Of a stretch of DNA of 64,000 nt, positions 10,902 through 20,903 are shown one piece after another. The notes beneath the pieces were generated by a model. That model worked only from the letters and a program-made list of their open reading frames with translations. It searched no databases and was not told the DNA's origin. Source of the DNA: an uncultured Actinomycetes bacterium (GTDB taxonomy: Bacteria; Actinomycetota; Thermoleophilia; UBA2241); NCBI GenBank assembly GCA_963833555.1, contig CAWHYB010000002.1, forward strand, positions 209,666 through 273,665, written 5' to 3'. The translations under genes and the position numbers were made by a program. Each line of letters starts with the position of its first letter. Within the stretch, counting starts at the first letter, position 1.

Positions 10902-12943
10902 TGGCCCGCATCGGCGTCTTCGTCTGCCACTGCGGCGAGAACATCGGCCGCACGGTCGACTGCGCCGGCGTGGCCGACGACGCTCCGCGACCACCCCGGC
11001 GTCGTCCACTCGCGACGGACTACAAGTACATGTGCTCCGACCCCGGCCAGCAGCTCGTCAAGCAGGCCATCGCCGAGCACGAGCTCGACCGGCGTCGTGG
11101 TCGCGCGCCTGCTCGCCGCACATGCACGAGAAGACCTTCCGCCGCGCCGCCGCGCAGGCCGGCCTCAACCCGTTCCTCTGCGAGATGGCCAACATCCGCG
11201 AGCACTGCTCGTGGATCCACGACGACCGCGGCGAGGCGACCGCCAAGGCCATCGACATCGCGCCGCACCATCGTCGAGAAGGTCAAGCACAACGAGCCGC
11301 TCGCAGACGATCCGCATCCCGGTGACCAAGCGCGCCCTGGTGATCGGCGGCGGCATCGCCGGCATCCAGGCCGCGCTCGACATCGCCGACGGCGGCCACG
11401 AGGTCGTGCTGGTCGAGAAGGAGCCATCGATCGGCGGCCACATGAGCCAGCTCTCGCGAGACCTTCCCGACGCTCGACTGCTCGCAGTGCATCCTCACGC
11501 CGCGCATGGTCGAGGTCTACCAGCACCCGCAACATCAAGCTGCTACACCTGCAGCGAGGTCGAGAAGGTCGACGGCTACATCGGCAACTTCACGGTGAAG
11601 ATCCGCAAGAAGGCGCGCAGCGTCGACGAGAGCATGTGCAACGGCTGCGGCGACTGCCAGGCGGCCTGCCCGAGCCGCAAGATCCCCAGCGAGTTCGACG
11701 CCGGGCTGGGCAAGCGCACCGCGATCTACGTGCCGTTCCCGCAGGCCGTGCCCAACATCCCGGTGCTCGACCGCGAGCACTGCACGCTCTTCAAGGGCCG
11801 CCGCAAGGGGCTCGCCAAGGATGCGTGCGGCAAGTGCAAAGAGGCCTGCCTCAAGGGCGCCATCGACTACGACCAGGAAGACTCGTTCGTGACCGAAGAA
11901 GTCGGCGCCATCGTGGTGGCCACCGGCTTCCAGCTCTACGACATCGGCCGCGAGCAGCCCGAGGGCCTCAAGGGCTACGGCGAGTACGGCTACGGCGACG
12001 TGCCCGACGTGATCGACGGCCTGCAGTTCGAGCGGCTGGCGTCGGCGTCCGGGCCGACCAACGGCGCAGATCGTGCGGCCGTCCGACGGCACCGAGCCCA
12101 AGACGGTCGTCTTCGTGCAGTGCGTCGGCAGCCGCGACCCCGAGAAGGGCATCTCGTACTGCTCCAAGATCTGCTGCATGTACACGGCCAAGCACACGAT
12201 GCTCTACAAGCACAAGGTGCACGACGGCCGTGCCGTGGTCTTCTACATGGACATCCGCGCCGCCGGCAAGGGCTACGACGAGTTCTCGCGGCGCGCGATC
12301 GAAGAGGACGGCGCCGAGTACGTCCGCGGCCGCGTCTCGCCGCATCTTCCGCGACGGCGACAAGGTCAAGGTCTGGGGCTTCGACACGCTCGAGCCGGCG
12401 AGCAGGTCGTGATCGACGCCGACATGGTCGTGCTGGCCACCGCGATCCGGCCGCAGCCGGGCATGCAGCGAGCTCGCCCAGAAGCTCGTCGATCAGCTAC
12501 GACGAAGCACGGCTTCATCAACGAGGCGCACCCCAAGCTGCGCCCGGTCGAGACCAACACCGCCGGCGTCTACCTCGCCGGCGCCTGCCAGGCGCCCGCG
12601 CGACATCCCCGACTCGGTCGCCATGGCCAGCGCGACGGCCGGCAAGGTGCTCGGCCTGTTCAGCGCCGACGAGCTCGAGCGCGAGCCGACCGTCGCGACC
12701 GTCAACGAGCGCACCTGCATCGGCTGCTTCAACTGCGAGCGCGTCTGCCCCTACGGCGCGATCGAGCATCGCGACGTCTGCGACGTGGACGGGCAGGTCT
12801 GCGGCCACGTCGCCTACGTCAACCCCGGCGTCTGCCAGGGCTGCGGCACCTGCGTGGCGGTGTGCCCGAGCAAGAGCGTCGAGCTGGCCGGCTTCACCGA
12901 CGAGCAGGTCTACGCCGAGATCAACGCGCTGGCGGGGTGGTGA
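10901..12943 (+). pseudogene. hdrA: Heterodisulfide reductase subunit A (HdrA-like flavoprotein with Fe-S clusters); frameshifted in the first two thirds
   Basis: [142 protein letters not shown] and GVYLAGACQ are spread over three frames. The C-terminal ferredoxin part (CIGCFNCERVCPYGAI...CQGCGTCVAVCP) is intact up to the stop at 12941-12943. Confidence 0.7.
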
Positions 12944-12945
12944 CG

Positions 12946-13464
12946 GTGGCCGACTTCGAGCCACGCATCACGGCGTTCGTCTGCAACTGGTGCACCTACA
13001 CCGGCGCCGACCTGGCCGGCACGAGCCGCCTGCACATGGCCAGCAACGTGCGCATCATCCGGCTGCCGTGCACTGGACGGATCGACCACATGTTCATCGT
13101 CAAGGCCTTCGAGCGCGGCGCCGACGGGGTGATCGTCAGCGGCTGCCATCCGGCCGACTGTCACTACACCTCCGGCAACTACCACGCCCGCCGGCGCTTC
13201 GGCGTGTTCCGCGAGCTGCTCAAGTTCATGGGGATCGACCCCGGGCGCCTCACCTTCTCGTGGGTCTCCGCTTCAGAGGGCGTGAAGTGGCAGGACGTCG
13301 TCAACGAGACGGTGGCGCGCGTGCGCCGGCTGGGGCCGTTCGACGCCTACCACGCGCTGGCCGGGCCGGCGCTGCCGGCCGACGATCCCCTCGCGGCCGG
13401 CGCGGCCGAGGCCCCAGCCGGCGCGACGGCGCGCGCCACCGAGGGCGAGGCGAAGCCGGCATGA
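12946..13464 (+). CDS. mvhD: MvhD/FlxD-like protein (methyl-viologen-reducing hydrogenase delta subunit family)
   Basis: ITAFVCNWCTYTGADLAGTSRLHMASNVRIIRLPCTGRIDHMFIVKAFERGADGVIVSGCHPADCHYTSGN is the canonical MvhD signature. Alternative GTG starts at 12937 and 12940. Confidence 0.8.
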   Translation: MADFEPRITAFVCNWCTYTGADLAGTSRLHMASNVRIIRLPCTGRIDHMFIVKAFERGADGVIVSGCHPADCHYTSGNYHARRRFGVFRELLKFMGIDPGRLTFSWVSASEGVKWQDVVNETVARVRRLGPFDAYHALAGPALPADDPLAAGAAEAPAGATARATEGEAKPA

Positions 13465-14339
13465 CCGAGCTCCAGGACACCGCCCGCCGCTTGCTCGCCG
13501 ACGGCACGGTCGAGGTCGTCATCGGCTGGGAGCAGGGCCGCCGCGGCGCTCGCCCCGTCTTCGTGACGAGCGCCGCCGACTGCGACCGGCTGATCTTCGA
13601 CGCCCGCTGCGTGCATGACCTGGCGACCTACCTCAGTCCGCGCCGCTCCCAGGTGAGCGAGCTCGGCAAGGCGGCCGTCGTCGTCAAGGGCTGCGATGCC
13701 AAGGCGGTCGCGGGGCTGCTGCGCGAAGCGCAGCTCGACCGCGACCGCATCGTGCTGATCGGAGTGCGCTGCGGCGGCGTCGTGACGACGCCGGACGGCG
13801 CCGAGGCGCCCGAGTTGACTGCCGAGACTGTGGCAAGCCGCTGCTGGGGCTGCGACGTGCGCGAACCCGAGTCGGTCGATGTGCTGGTCGGCGAGAGGCA
13901 GGCCGAGCCGCCCGTGACCGACGCCCTCGACGAGCGCATCGCGGAGCTCGACGGGCTGTCGCCGGCCGAACGCTTCGCCTTCTGGACGAAGGAGCTCGCA
14001 CGCTGCACCCAGTGCTACGCCTGCCGCCAGGCCTGCCCGCTGTGCTTCTGCGAGCGCTGCATCGTCGAGAAGACCGAGCCCCAGTGGATCGAGACCTCGC
14101 CGCATCCACGCGGCAACCTCGCCTGGCACCTGACGCGCGCCCAGCACCTCGCCGGCCGCTGCGTCGGCTGTGGCGAATGCGAGCGCGCCTGCCCGGTCGG
14201 CATCCCGCTCAGCCTGATCAACCGCAAGCTGCAGCAGGTCGTCTACGAGCTCTACGGCTACACCGCGTCGGAGGACCCCTCGGTGCCGGCGCCCATCGGC
14301 GCCTACGCCGTCGACGACACACAGGACTTCATCAGATGA
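13461..14339 (+). CDS. 4Fe-4S dicluster protein, FlxC-like partner of the Hdr/MvhD module
   Basis: ATG overlaps the mvhD stop (ATGA). Two ferredoxin motifs: CTQCYACRQACPLC and CVGCGECERACPVG. Uninterrupted. Confidence 0.65.
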   Translation: MTELQDTARRLLADGTVEVVIGWEQGRRGARPVFVTSAADCDRLIFDARCVHDLATYLSPRRSQVSELGKAAVVVKGCDAKAVAGLLREAQLDRDRIVLIGVRCGGVVTTPDGAEAPELTAETVASRCWGCDVREPESVDVLVGERQAEPPVTDALDERIAELDGLSPAERFAFWTKELARCTQCYACRQACPLCFCERCIVEKTEPQWIETSPHPRGNLAWHLTRAQHLAGRCVGCGECERACPVGIPLSLINRKLQQVVYELYGYTASEDPSVPAPIGAYAVDDTQDFIR

Positions 14340-15451
14340 GCGACGCGCTGTTCCTGTCGCACGAGCACCTCGCCGCGCTGGTCGAGCTCCTGGCGGCCGC
14401 CGGCACGCCCGCGATCGCGCCGGCGTGGGCTGACGACGCCCGGCGCGAGACCGAGTACCGCGCCGTGACGGGCGCGGCCGAGCTCGCCTTCGGCGAGCGG
14501 CTGCCGCGCCTCTCGCTCAAGCAGTTCTTCCTGCCCCCGACTGAGGTCCTCTTCGCCTGGAAGCGCACGAGCAGCGACGCCGGCGCGGGCATCGAGATCA
14601 CCTCCGCGCCGACGCGGTTCGCGCCGCAGGTCGTGCTCGGTGCGCGGCCCTGCGACGCTGCCGCGCTGCCCATCGTCGACAAGGTCATGGACTGGGACTA
14701 CCAGGACGAGCTCTGGAACGGCCGCCGCGAGGCGACCACCATCTTCAGCCTCGCCTGCCATGTCGAGGACCAAAGCTGCTTCTGCAGCGCCGTGTTCCTG
14801 GACCCGGCCGCGAGCAAGGGCTCGGACGGGCTGTTGACACCCGTGGAGGGCGGCTATCTCGTCGAGACCGTCAACGACAAGGGCGCCGAGTTCCTGGCCG
14901 CGCATCGCGACCTGTTCGCCGCGCCGGGCGCCGACGGGCGTGACTGCGACGCACTCGCGGGCGAGGCCGAGCGCTTCCGCGCTCAGGCCCGCGAGCGCGT
15001 CGCCGCCAATCTCGCAGTCGACCAGAACGCCGTCCGCGCCTGGCTCGACGACCACTTCGACGACGCGTTCTGGAAGACCCTGGGACCGCGCTGCAACGGC
15101 TGCGGCGCCTGCGCCGCGGTGTGCCCGACGTGCCACTGCTTCGACATCGTCGACGAGCCAGAGGCTGTCGGTCACGGCGTGCGGCGCCGCAACTGGGACA
15201 CCTGTCAGGCCTGCGTCTTCACGCTGCACGCCTCCGGCCACAATCCGCGCGACGACCAGAACGCCCGCTTCCGACAGCGCGTGAACCACAAGTTCCTGAT
15301 CTATCCGCTCAAGTTCGGAGACGTCCTGTGCACGGGTTGCGGCCGCTGCTCCCGAGCGTGCCCGGCCGGTCAGGACCTGGCCGAAGTCCTGGCCACTATC
15401 GATCAGAAGGCGCGCGCAGGCGTAGTCGGACAGGCCGGTGAGGCCTCATGA
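14336..15451 (+). CDS. Fe-S subunit resembling sulfhydrogenase beta / anaerobic sulfite reductase A (FlxB/AsrA/HydB-like)
   Basis: ATG overlaps the upstream stop. Motifs LGARPCDAAAL, CNGCGACAAVCPTCHCFD, CTGCGRCSRACPAG. Uninterrupted. Confidence 0.65.
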   Translation: MSDALFLSHEHLAALVELLAAAGTPAIAPAWADDARRETEYRAVTGAAELAFGERLPRLSLKQFFLPPTEVLFAWKRTSSDAGAGIEITSAPTRFAPQVVLGARPCDAAALPIVDKVMDWDYQDELWNGRREATTIFSLACHVEDQSCFCSAVFLDPAASKGSDGLLTPVEGGYLVETVNDKGAEFLAAHRDLFAAPGADGRDCDALAGEAERFRAQARERVAANLAVDQNAVRAWLDDHFDDAFWKTLGPRCNGCGACAAVCPTCHCFDIVDEPEAVGHGVRRRNWDTCQACVFTLHASGHNPRDDQNARFRQRVNHKFLIYPLKFGDVLCTGCGRCSRACPAGQDLAEVLATIDQKARAGVVGQAGEAS

Positions 15452-16323
15452 CGATCGACGCCACCACTCGCCCCGAAGCGGTCCGCCCCGGCACGATCTA
15501 CCAGCCCGACCTGGTGGTGGTCGACGACATCGTCGACGAGACGCCCGACACCCGCACGTATCGTCTGCGGTTCAAGGACGCGGCCAAAGGCGAGAGCTTC
15601 ACCTTCCGTGCGGGCCAGTTCGGCGAGTTCTCGGTGTTCGGCTCCGGCGAGTCGACCTTCTGCATCGCCAGCCCGCCGACCCGCAGCGGCTACCTCGAGT
15701 GCACGTTCAAGGCGGCCGGCAAGGTCACGGGCTCGCTGCGCGAGGTCAACGTGGGTGACATGCTCGGCTTCCGCGGGCCGTACGGCAACGTGCTTCCCGG
15801 TCGACGAGTGGGAAGGCAAGGACCTCGTCTTCATCGCCGGCGGGATCGGGCTGGCGCCGGTGCGCTGCGCCATCTGGAACGTGCTCGACTTGCGCGATCG
15901 CTATCGGCGACGTGACCATCGTCTACGGCGCCCGTAGCGTGGCCGACCTGGTGTACAAGCGCGAGCTCGAGGAGTGGGCGGCGCGCTCCGACGTGACGCT
16001 GGTGACCACGGTCGACCCCGGCGGCGAGACCCCGGAGTGGACCGGCGAGGTCGGCTACGTCACGCCGGTCGTCGAGAAGACCGCGCCCCGCGCCGACAAC
16101 GCGGTCGCCGTACTGTGCGGCCCGCCGATCGTGGTCAAGCTGACGCTGCCCGTGCTCGCGCAGGCTCGGCTTCGCCGACGATGCCGTCTACACCACGCTC
16201 GAGAACCGCATGAAGTGCGGCGTGGGCAAGTGCGGCCGCTGCAACATCGGCACCGTCTACGTCTGCAAGGACGGCCCGGTGTTCACCGCCGCGCAGCTCA
16301 AGACGCTGCCGCAGGAGTTCTAG
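15448..16323 (+). pseudogene. FAD/NAD(P)-binding oxidoreductase with C-terminal Cys cluster (FlxA/AsrB/HydG-like); three frameshifts
   Basis: RAGQFGEFSVFG...FCIASPP...GFRGPYGN is in frame 15448. DLVFIAGGIGLAPVRC is in frame 15608. TIVYGARSVADLVY...LCGPPIVVKLTL is in frame 15912. My translation of the tail gives GFADDAVYTTLENRMKCGVGKCGRCNIGTVYVCKDGPVF, ending at the TAG at 16321-16323. Confidence 0.65.
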
Positions 16324-16371
16324 AAGCTCACTTCCGGACACGGCCGACCCCCCCGGCCCCGGAGTGACAAA

Positions 16372-16404
16372 GGGCGGGGTGCGGCTTTCAGCCGCACCCC
16401 GCCC
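16372..16404. terminator. GC-rich hairpin between convergent genes (14-bp perfect stem)
   Basis: GGGCGGGGTGCGGC-tttca-GCCGCACCCCGCCC lies between the stop at 16323 (+) and the stop at 16417 (-). No U-tract. Confidence 0.6.
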
Positions 16405-16416
16405 ACCTCATCGGCC

Positions 16417-18900
16417 TACTTCCAGGTCACGTATCGCGTCGCGGAGGCGCCGGCCAGCGCGCCGGCCGCGGCGGGCATCCAGGCCCGCACCTTGTAGCTG
16501 CCCCGCGTCAGAGCCTTCGAGACGGCGAAGGTCCCGGTCGCGGAGACCTTCGCCTTGGCGAACGACTTCCAGGTCCCCGTATAGCGCTGTATGGAGACGA
16601 AAGCGCCGGCGGCCGCCGCCGGCAGGCGTGACCTTGCCGCTGAACCTGATCGAGTGTCCGATCGTCGTGATCGCCGGCTTGACGGCGAGCGTCACCTTGA
16701 AGGTCGGGATCGGCACCACGATGAGGGTCTGTGGGTTGGACCACGTGCCGGCCGTGTCGCGCACGAACACGGTGAAGTAGTAGGCGGTGTTGTTCTTAAG
16801 GCCGGTGCGCAGCAACTGTGAGCGGGTGCCTTCGTAGGCGAGCGACTGTGCGTAGGTGTCGTCGACCGAGCTCGCGCAGCGGACGGTCGAGTAGTAGACC
16901 ATCGCGCCGCCGAAGTCGAGCGCCGGGTTCGTCCAGCTCACAGTGATCTTGCCATCGCCCGGCACACCCTTGAGCCGAGTCACGGCGAGCGTGTCGGCGT
17001 TGAAGTTCGAGAGGATGGCGCCCGCGCTACCGGCGATCCAGACCGCCTCGGGGTCGGTCGGCTGGGCTCTGAAGGTCGCGATCCCGTACATGCTGTCGTC
17101 GAAGGCCTGCAGCTGCTGCACCCAGGTGGTGCCACCGTCGGTCGTTCGCACGACGTCGCCGAGATCGCCGACCGCGATGCCGTTGTTGAGATCGGCGAAG
17201 TGCACCGCCCGCAGCGTGTCGGCGACCGGCGAGGCCTGCTGGATCCAGTTCGCGCCGCCATTGGTCGTGTGGATGATGGCGCCGTTCGTGCCGACCGCCC
17301 AGCCGTTGAGGAGGTCGACCATCTGCACGGCGTCGAACTCCTCACCCGTCGGCTCGTTGCCGCCGGTCCAGGTGGTGCCACCGTCGGTCGTGTAGTCGAC
17401 CTCGCCGCCGAGCCCGACGACGACGCCCGCGTTCACGCTGGCGAAACTCACCGCGCGCAGCGCCTGCAGGCCGAGCCCGTTGCCGAGGTTCTCGTTGGCC
17501 CAGAGGGCGCCGCCGTTCGCGGTGCGCAGGATGGTGCCGGCGTTGCCGACGGCCCAGCCGTTGGCGATGTCGAAGAAGTCGACGCCGTTGAGGTTCTGAT
17601 TGACGGTGGCCGCCTGGGCGGTCCAGGTGAGACCACCGTCCGTGCTCGTGCGGATCGTGCCCGGCTGCCCCGCGGCCGGCCGGTTGCCGACCGCCCAGAC
17701 GTAGGTCAGACCAGACGACTGGGCGACGTCAAGCCCGTTGAGCTGTTGCGCTGTCCCCGAGTCTTGCGGATACCAGCCCGCCCCGCCATCGGCGGTGTGC
17801 ATGACCGTCCCGCCGTTGCCCACGGCCCATCCGTTCAGCCCGTCGGCGAACTTGATGTCGCGAAGCTGCGTGCGGGCGTCGCGGCTCCACAGCGGCGTCC
17901 ACGTCGCGCCGTCGGCGGTCCGCGTCACAACGCCGTTCGAGCCGACGGCCCTGATGTCGCTACCGGAGACGGCCGCCATCCCGAAGAGGTCCTCGGTCGT
18001 GCCCGGATCCTGGCCCTGCCACGTCACTCCCGCGTCGGTCGTGTGCGCGACCGTCCCGCCGGACCCGGCCACCCAGGCCTCGTCGGGGTTCAGGACGGCG
18101 ACTTCGTGCAAGTCCTGGGTCGTGTGGGAGTTCTGCTGGGCCCAGCTCGAACCGCCGTTCACGGTGCGCATGACCGCGCCGCCGCTGCCGACTGCCCATC
18201 CCTGATAGAGGCTCGCGAAGCCGACATCGTAGAGGGTCGCGCCCGTCGGGGTCGACATCGGCGCCCAGGTGAGGCCGCCGTTGGTGGTCCTCAGGATCGT
18301 CCCGCCGGCACCGACGGCCCAGCCGTTGTTCAGGCTGCGGAAGGTGATAGCGGTCAGGTCGGCGACGGTCGGCGCGGCTTGCTTGAGCCAGGTGCCGCCA
18401 CCGTCGGTCGTGTGCAGGATCAGGCCGCCGTCGCCGACGGCGTAGACATTCAGGGCGTCCAGGGCGAAGAGACCATTGACGTCCGCGCCCACCGGAGAGC
18501 CTTGCGGCGTCCACGTGGCGCCCCCATCGGTCGTGCCCAGGATCGTCGCGGACGCTCCTGCGTCGCCGACGATCCAGCCGGTGTTGGAGTCGGCGAAGGC
18601 TACGTCGTTCAGGTGGGATCCGGTGCCGGCGGGGGCTGCCTGCGGCGTCCACGTCGCGCCGGCGTCGCCGGTCTTGAGGATCGTCGAGGCCGAGCCCACA
18701 GCCCAACCTGTGTTGGCGCTCGCGAACCAGATCGAGTCGAGCTCGTTACCCTGCGGCGACGGGTCCTGCCAGTACCAGGCCCCGCCGGGGGCGGCGATGT
18801 TGGCGCCGGCTGGACCGGCCGCGAGCGCCCCCGCGGCGATCACAACGAGGACGACCGCAAAGATGGCACACAGACGGCGCCCCGGACGTGAGTGGCTCAT
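16417..18900 (-). pseudogene. Secreted protein with 14 BNR/Ycf48-like propeller blades, an FN3-like domain and an Ig-like tail; one frameshift near 16615
   Basis: Signal peptide, then 14 repeats of the type GWAVG..GTILRTTNGGLTWAPQ. My retranslation of the 3' end gives AAGAFVSIQRYTGTWKSFAKAKVSATGTFAVSKALTRGSYKVRAWMPAAAGALAGASATRYVTWK with a stop at 16417-16419. The arginine-rich tail in the ORF track looks like a frameshift product. Confidence 0.75.
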
Positions 18901-19039
18901 GGAGACTCCCCCTCTCGAAGATACACGCAGTCAGAGCCTTCATTATCGGCTTCGCGGCCGCGCCGCTTGAACCTGCGGAACGGGGGCGACGAGACCGCGT
19001 CGGCATGCGGACGGATACGAGAGGAGATGTCGGAAAGAG

Positions 19040-19116
19040 TGGCGGGAGCGACGAGACTCGAACTCGCGACCTCCGGCGTGACAGGCCGGCGTTCTAACCA
19101 GCTGAACTACGCCCCC
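19040..19116 (-). tRNA. tRNA-Asp (anticodon GUC), CCA encoded
   Basis: The reverse complement GGGGGCGTAGTTCAGCTGGTTAGAACGCCGGCCTGTCACGCCGGAGGTCGCGAGTTCGAGTCTCGTCGCTCCCGCCA folds by hand into a cloverleaf. Anticodon loop CUGUCAC, discriminator G. Confidence 0.9.
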
Positions 19117-19226
19117 GCAGATGAAGCGACAGCCGGCGGCCACAGGGCGCACCGGCTGCAGTGCAGCGAGCTCGGATTGTAGCAAATGCGGGCGGACCGG
19201 TACAACGACGACCCGTTGCGGGGCGC

Positions 19227-19262
19227 GAGGGCGGGCGGGCGCATCCGCGCCCGCCCGCCCTC
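19227..19262 (-). terminator. GC-rich hairpin (16-bp perfect stem, loop ATCC) after the gene ending at 19270
   Basis: GAGGGCGGGCGGGCGC-atcc-GCGCCCGCCCGCCCTC. Confidence 0.6.
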
Positions 19263-19269
19263 GATGGTC

Positions 19270-19830
19270 CTACTTCGGCCCGATGCGGTGCAGCGAGGCG
19301 ATCGCGACAGGGATGGTCGGATCGTAGTAGGTGAGCGTGTAGGACGGGTGCGTGAAGGCGCCCTGGATGAGGATCACGCGCGTGCTGAGCGCCACGTTCT
19401 TCGCGTCGAGCGGCGCGCCGCTGATCCACTGGCGGTACACGATGGAGGCCCTGTGGTCGGGCTTCTTGGTCGGCGTCAGCGCGACCAGCTCGGGGCCGAA
19501 GAACGGCAGGCCTTCGGCGTACGAGATGATGCCGTCGCCGTTGACGTCGGCGCTCAGCGGCGGGGCGACGGCGGTCGCGCCGTCGATGCCGTGGATGCCC
19601 ATGAGATGGGCCTTGCCACGATCGAGGCCGGTGACTTCGATGAAGACGTCGAGAGTGTTGCCGTATTGCCAGATCTTGACGTGTCCGCTCACTACAGAGC
19701 CGTTGAGCGAGTTGAAGTTGCCCTGCCACATCATGGGCTTGCCGTGACTCGGCCGAGCCAGGGCGGTCGCCGTGCAGAGCGTGAGCACGACCGCGACAAG
19801 GAGTACGACAATGACGAGCTTCCTACCCAT
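19270..19830 (-). CDS. Secreted hypothetical protein (possible CHRD-like fold with a DxNGDG calcium-type loop)
   Basis: Signal peptide MGRKLVIVVLLVAVVLTLCTATALA, then GHVKIWQYGNTLDVFIEVTGLDRGKAHLMGIHG and DVNGDGIISYAEG. The family assignment is tentative. Confidence 0.5.
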   Translation of the reverse strand: MGRKLVIVVLLVAVVLTLCTATALARPSHGKPMMWQGNFNSLNGSVVSGHVKIWQYGNTLDVFIEVTGLDRGKAHLMGIHGIDGATAVAPPLSADVNGDGIISYAEGLPFFGPELVALTPTKKPDHRASIVYRQWISGAPLDAKNVALSTRVILIQGAFTHPSYTLTYYDPTIPVAIASLHRIGPK

Positions 19831-20105
19831 AATCCCCCCTCAAGAGATTGGTCCGGCTGAGCCGGTGCGGAAGATGTGTTCCGGCCCCCGGGGCCGGTTA
19901 TTGCGCGCCGTACGGCGCCAATCGTGGCCCACATTGTATGCCGGCCCCCCGGTTTGGCAAGGGCCTGCCACGTTGGGCGGGGTATCCTTCGGTGTGCGGT
20001 CGGCATCGTGTCATCGGCTGCGCCTCTCGCGACGAACGCGGCGGCGTGTTGCCGGCGCGGTCAACACATATGTAGCGACACGGCAGGAAGGGAGCGTGCC
20101 ACCAG

Positions 20106-20903
20106 ATGACCGGCCGGTATCGTGCCTACGATTCGACAGAGCTCGCCGAGATCTACGACGCGGTCTACGGCGACCGCGGCGACGAGGGGTTCTGGCGCAC
20201 GCTCGCTCCTTCCGATGGAACCATTCTCGAGCTTGCCTGCGGCACCGGCCGGGTGTTGCTGCCGCTGGCCCGCGCCGGGCATGAGATCGTCGGTCTCGAT
20301 CTCTCCACGACGATGCTCGACCGCTGCCGCGCCAAGCTCGCGGCCGAACCGGCCGAGGTCAAGCGCCGTGTGCGCCTGGTGCAGGGCGACATGACGGCCT
20401 TCGACCTGGGGCGACGGTTCGCACTGGTCACGGCGCCGTTCCGTGGGTTCCAGCATCTCGTCTCGGTCGAGCAGCAGCTTGCCTGCCTGGGGCGCTGCCA
20501 CGCCCACCTCGCGCCCGACGGCAAGCTCGTGCTCGACCTTTTCCATCCCGACCCGGCGCTGCTCTACGAGCATGGCGACTCGGACGGGGAACCCGAGGCC
20601 GAGACCGTGCCGTTCACCGGGGGACGCACGATCCGCTGGTGGGGGCGTGTGCTCGAGTTCCGGCGGGCCGCTCAGGTCAACGAGTGCGAGATGGTCTATG
20701 AGATATCGGGCGGACCTGACGAACCGCTCCGCCGGCTGACCGAGACCTTCCCGATGCGCTACCTCTCACGGTTCGAAGTCGAGCACCTGTTGGCCCGCTC
20801 GGGATTCGTCGTCGAAGCCGTCTACGGAGACTACGACCGCACGCCGTTCAGGGATGCTTCGCCGGAGATGATCGTGGTCGCCGCGCCGGTCGGGCTGGCC
20901 TAG
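20106..20903 (+). CDS. Class I SAM-dependent methyltransferase
   Basis: Motif I ILELACGTGRVLLPLARAGHEIVGLDLS, motif II VQGDMTAF. Uninterrupted 265 aa. Confidence 0.8.
   Translation: MTGRYRAYDSTELAEIYDAVYGDRGDEGFWRTLAPSDGTILELACGTGRVLLPLARAGHEIVGLDLSTTMLDRCRAKLAAEPAEVKRRVRLVQGDMTAFDLGRRFALVTAPFRGFQHLVSVEQQLACLGRCHAHLAPDGKLVLDLFHPDPALLYEHGDSDGEPEAETVPFTGGRTIRWWGRVLEFRRAAQVNECEMVYEISGGPDEPLRRLTETFPMRYLSRFEVEHLLARSGFVVEAVYGDYDRTPFRDASPEMIVVAAPVGLA

Noticed and set aside
9436-12620. Programmed ribosomal frameshifting or selenocysteine/stop recoding as an explanation for the broken frames.
   Set aside because: The switches go in both directions and occur every 30-100 nt. They lack slippery heptamers or downstream structures and affect unrelated genes. 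No biological recoding mechanism behaves like this.
9406-14339. Giant ORFs 9406..11325, 10085..12412 and 11097..14339 that look like 640-1080 aa proteins.
   Set aside because: Each is a stop-free reading frame that contains real Hdr peptide segments only in patches. The true genes hop between these frames at indels, so these are not single proteins.
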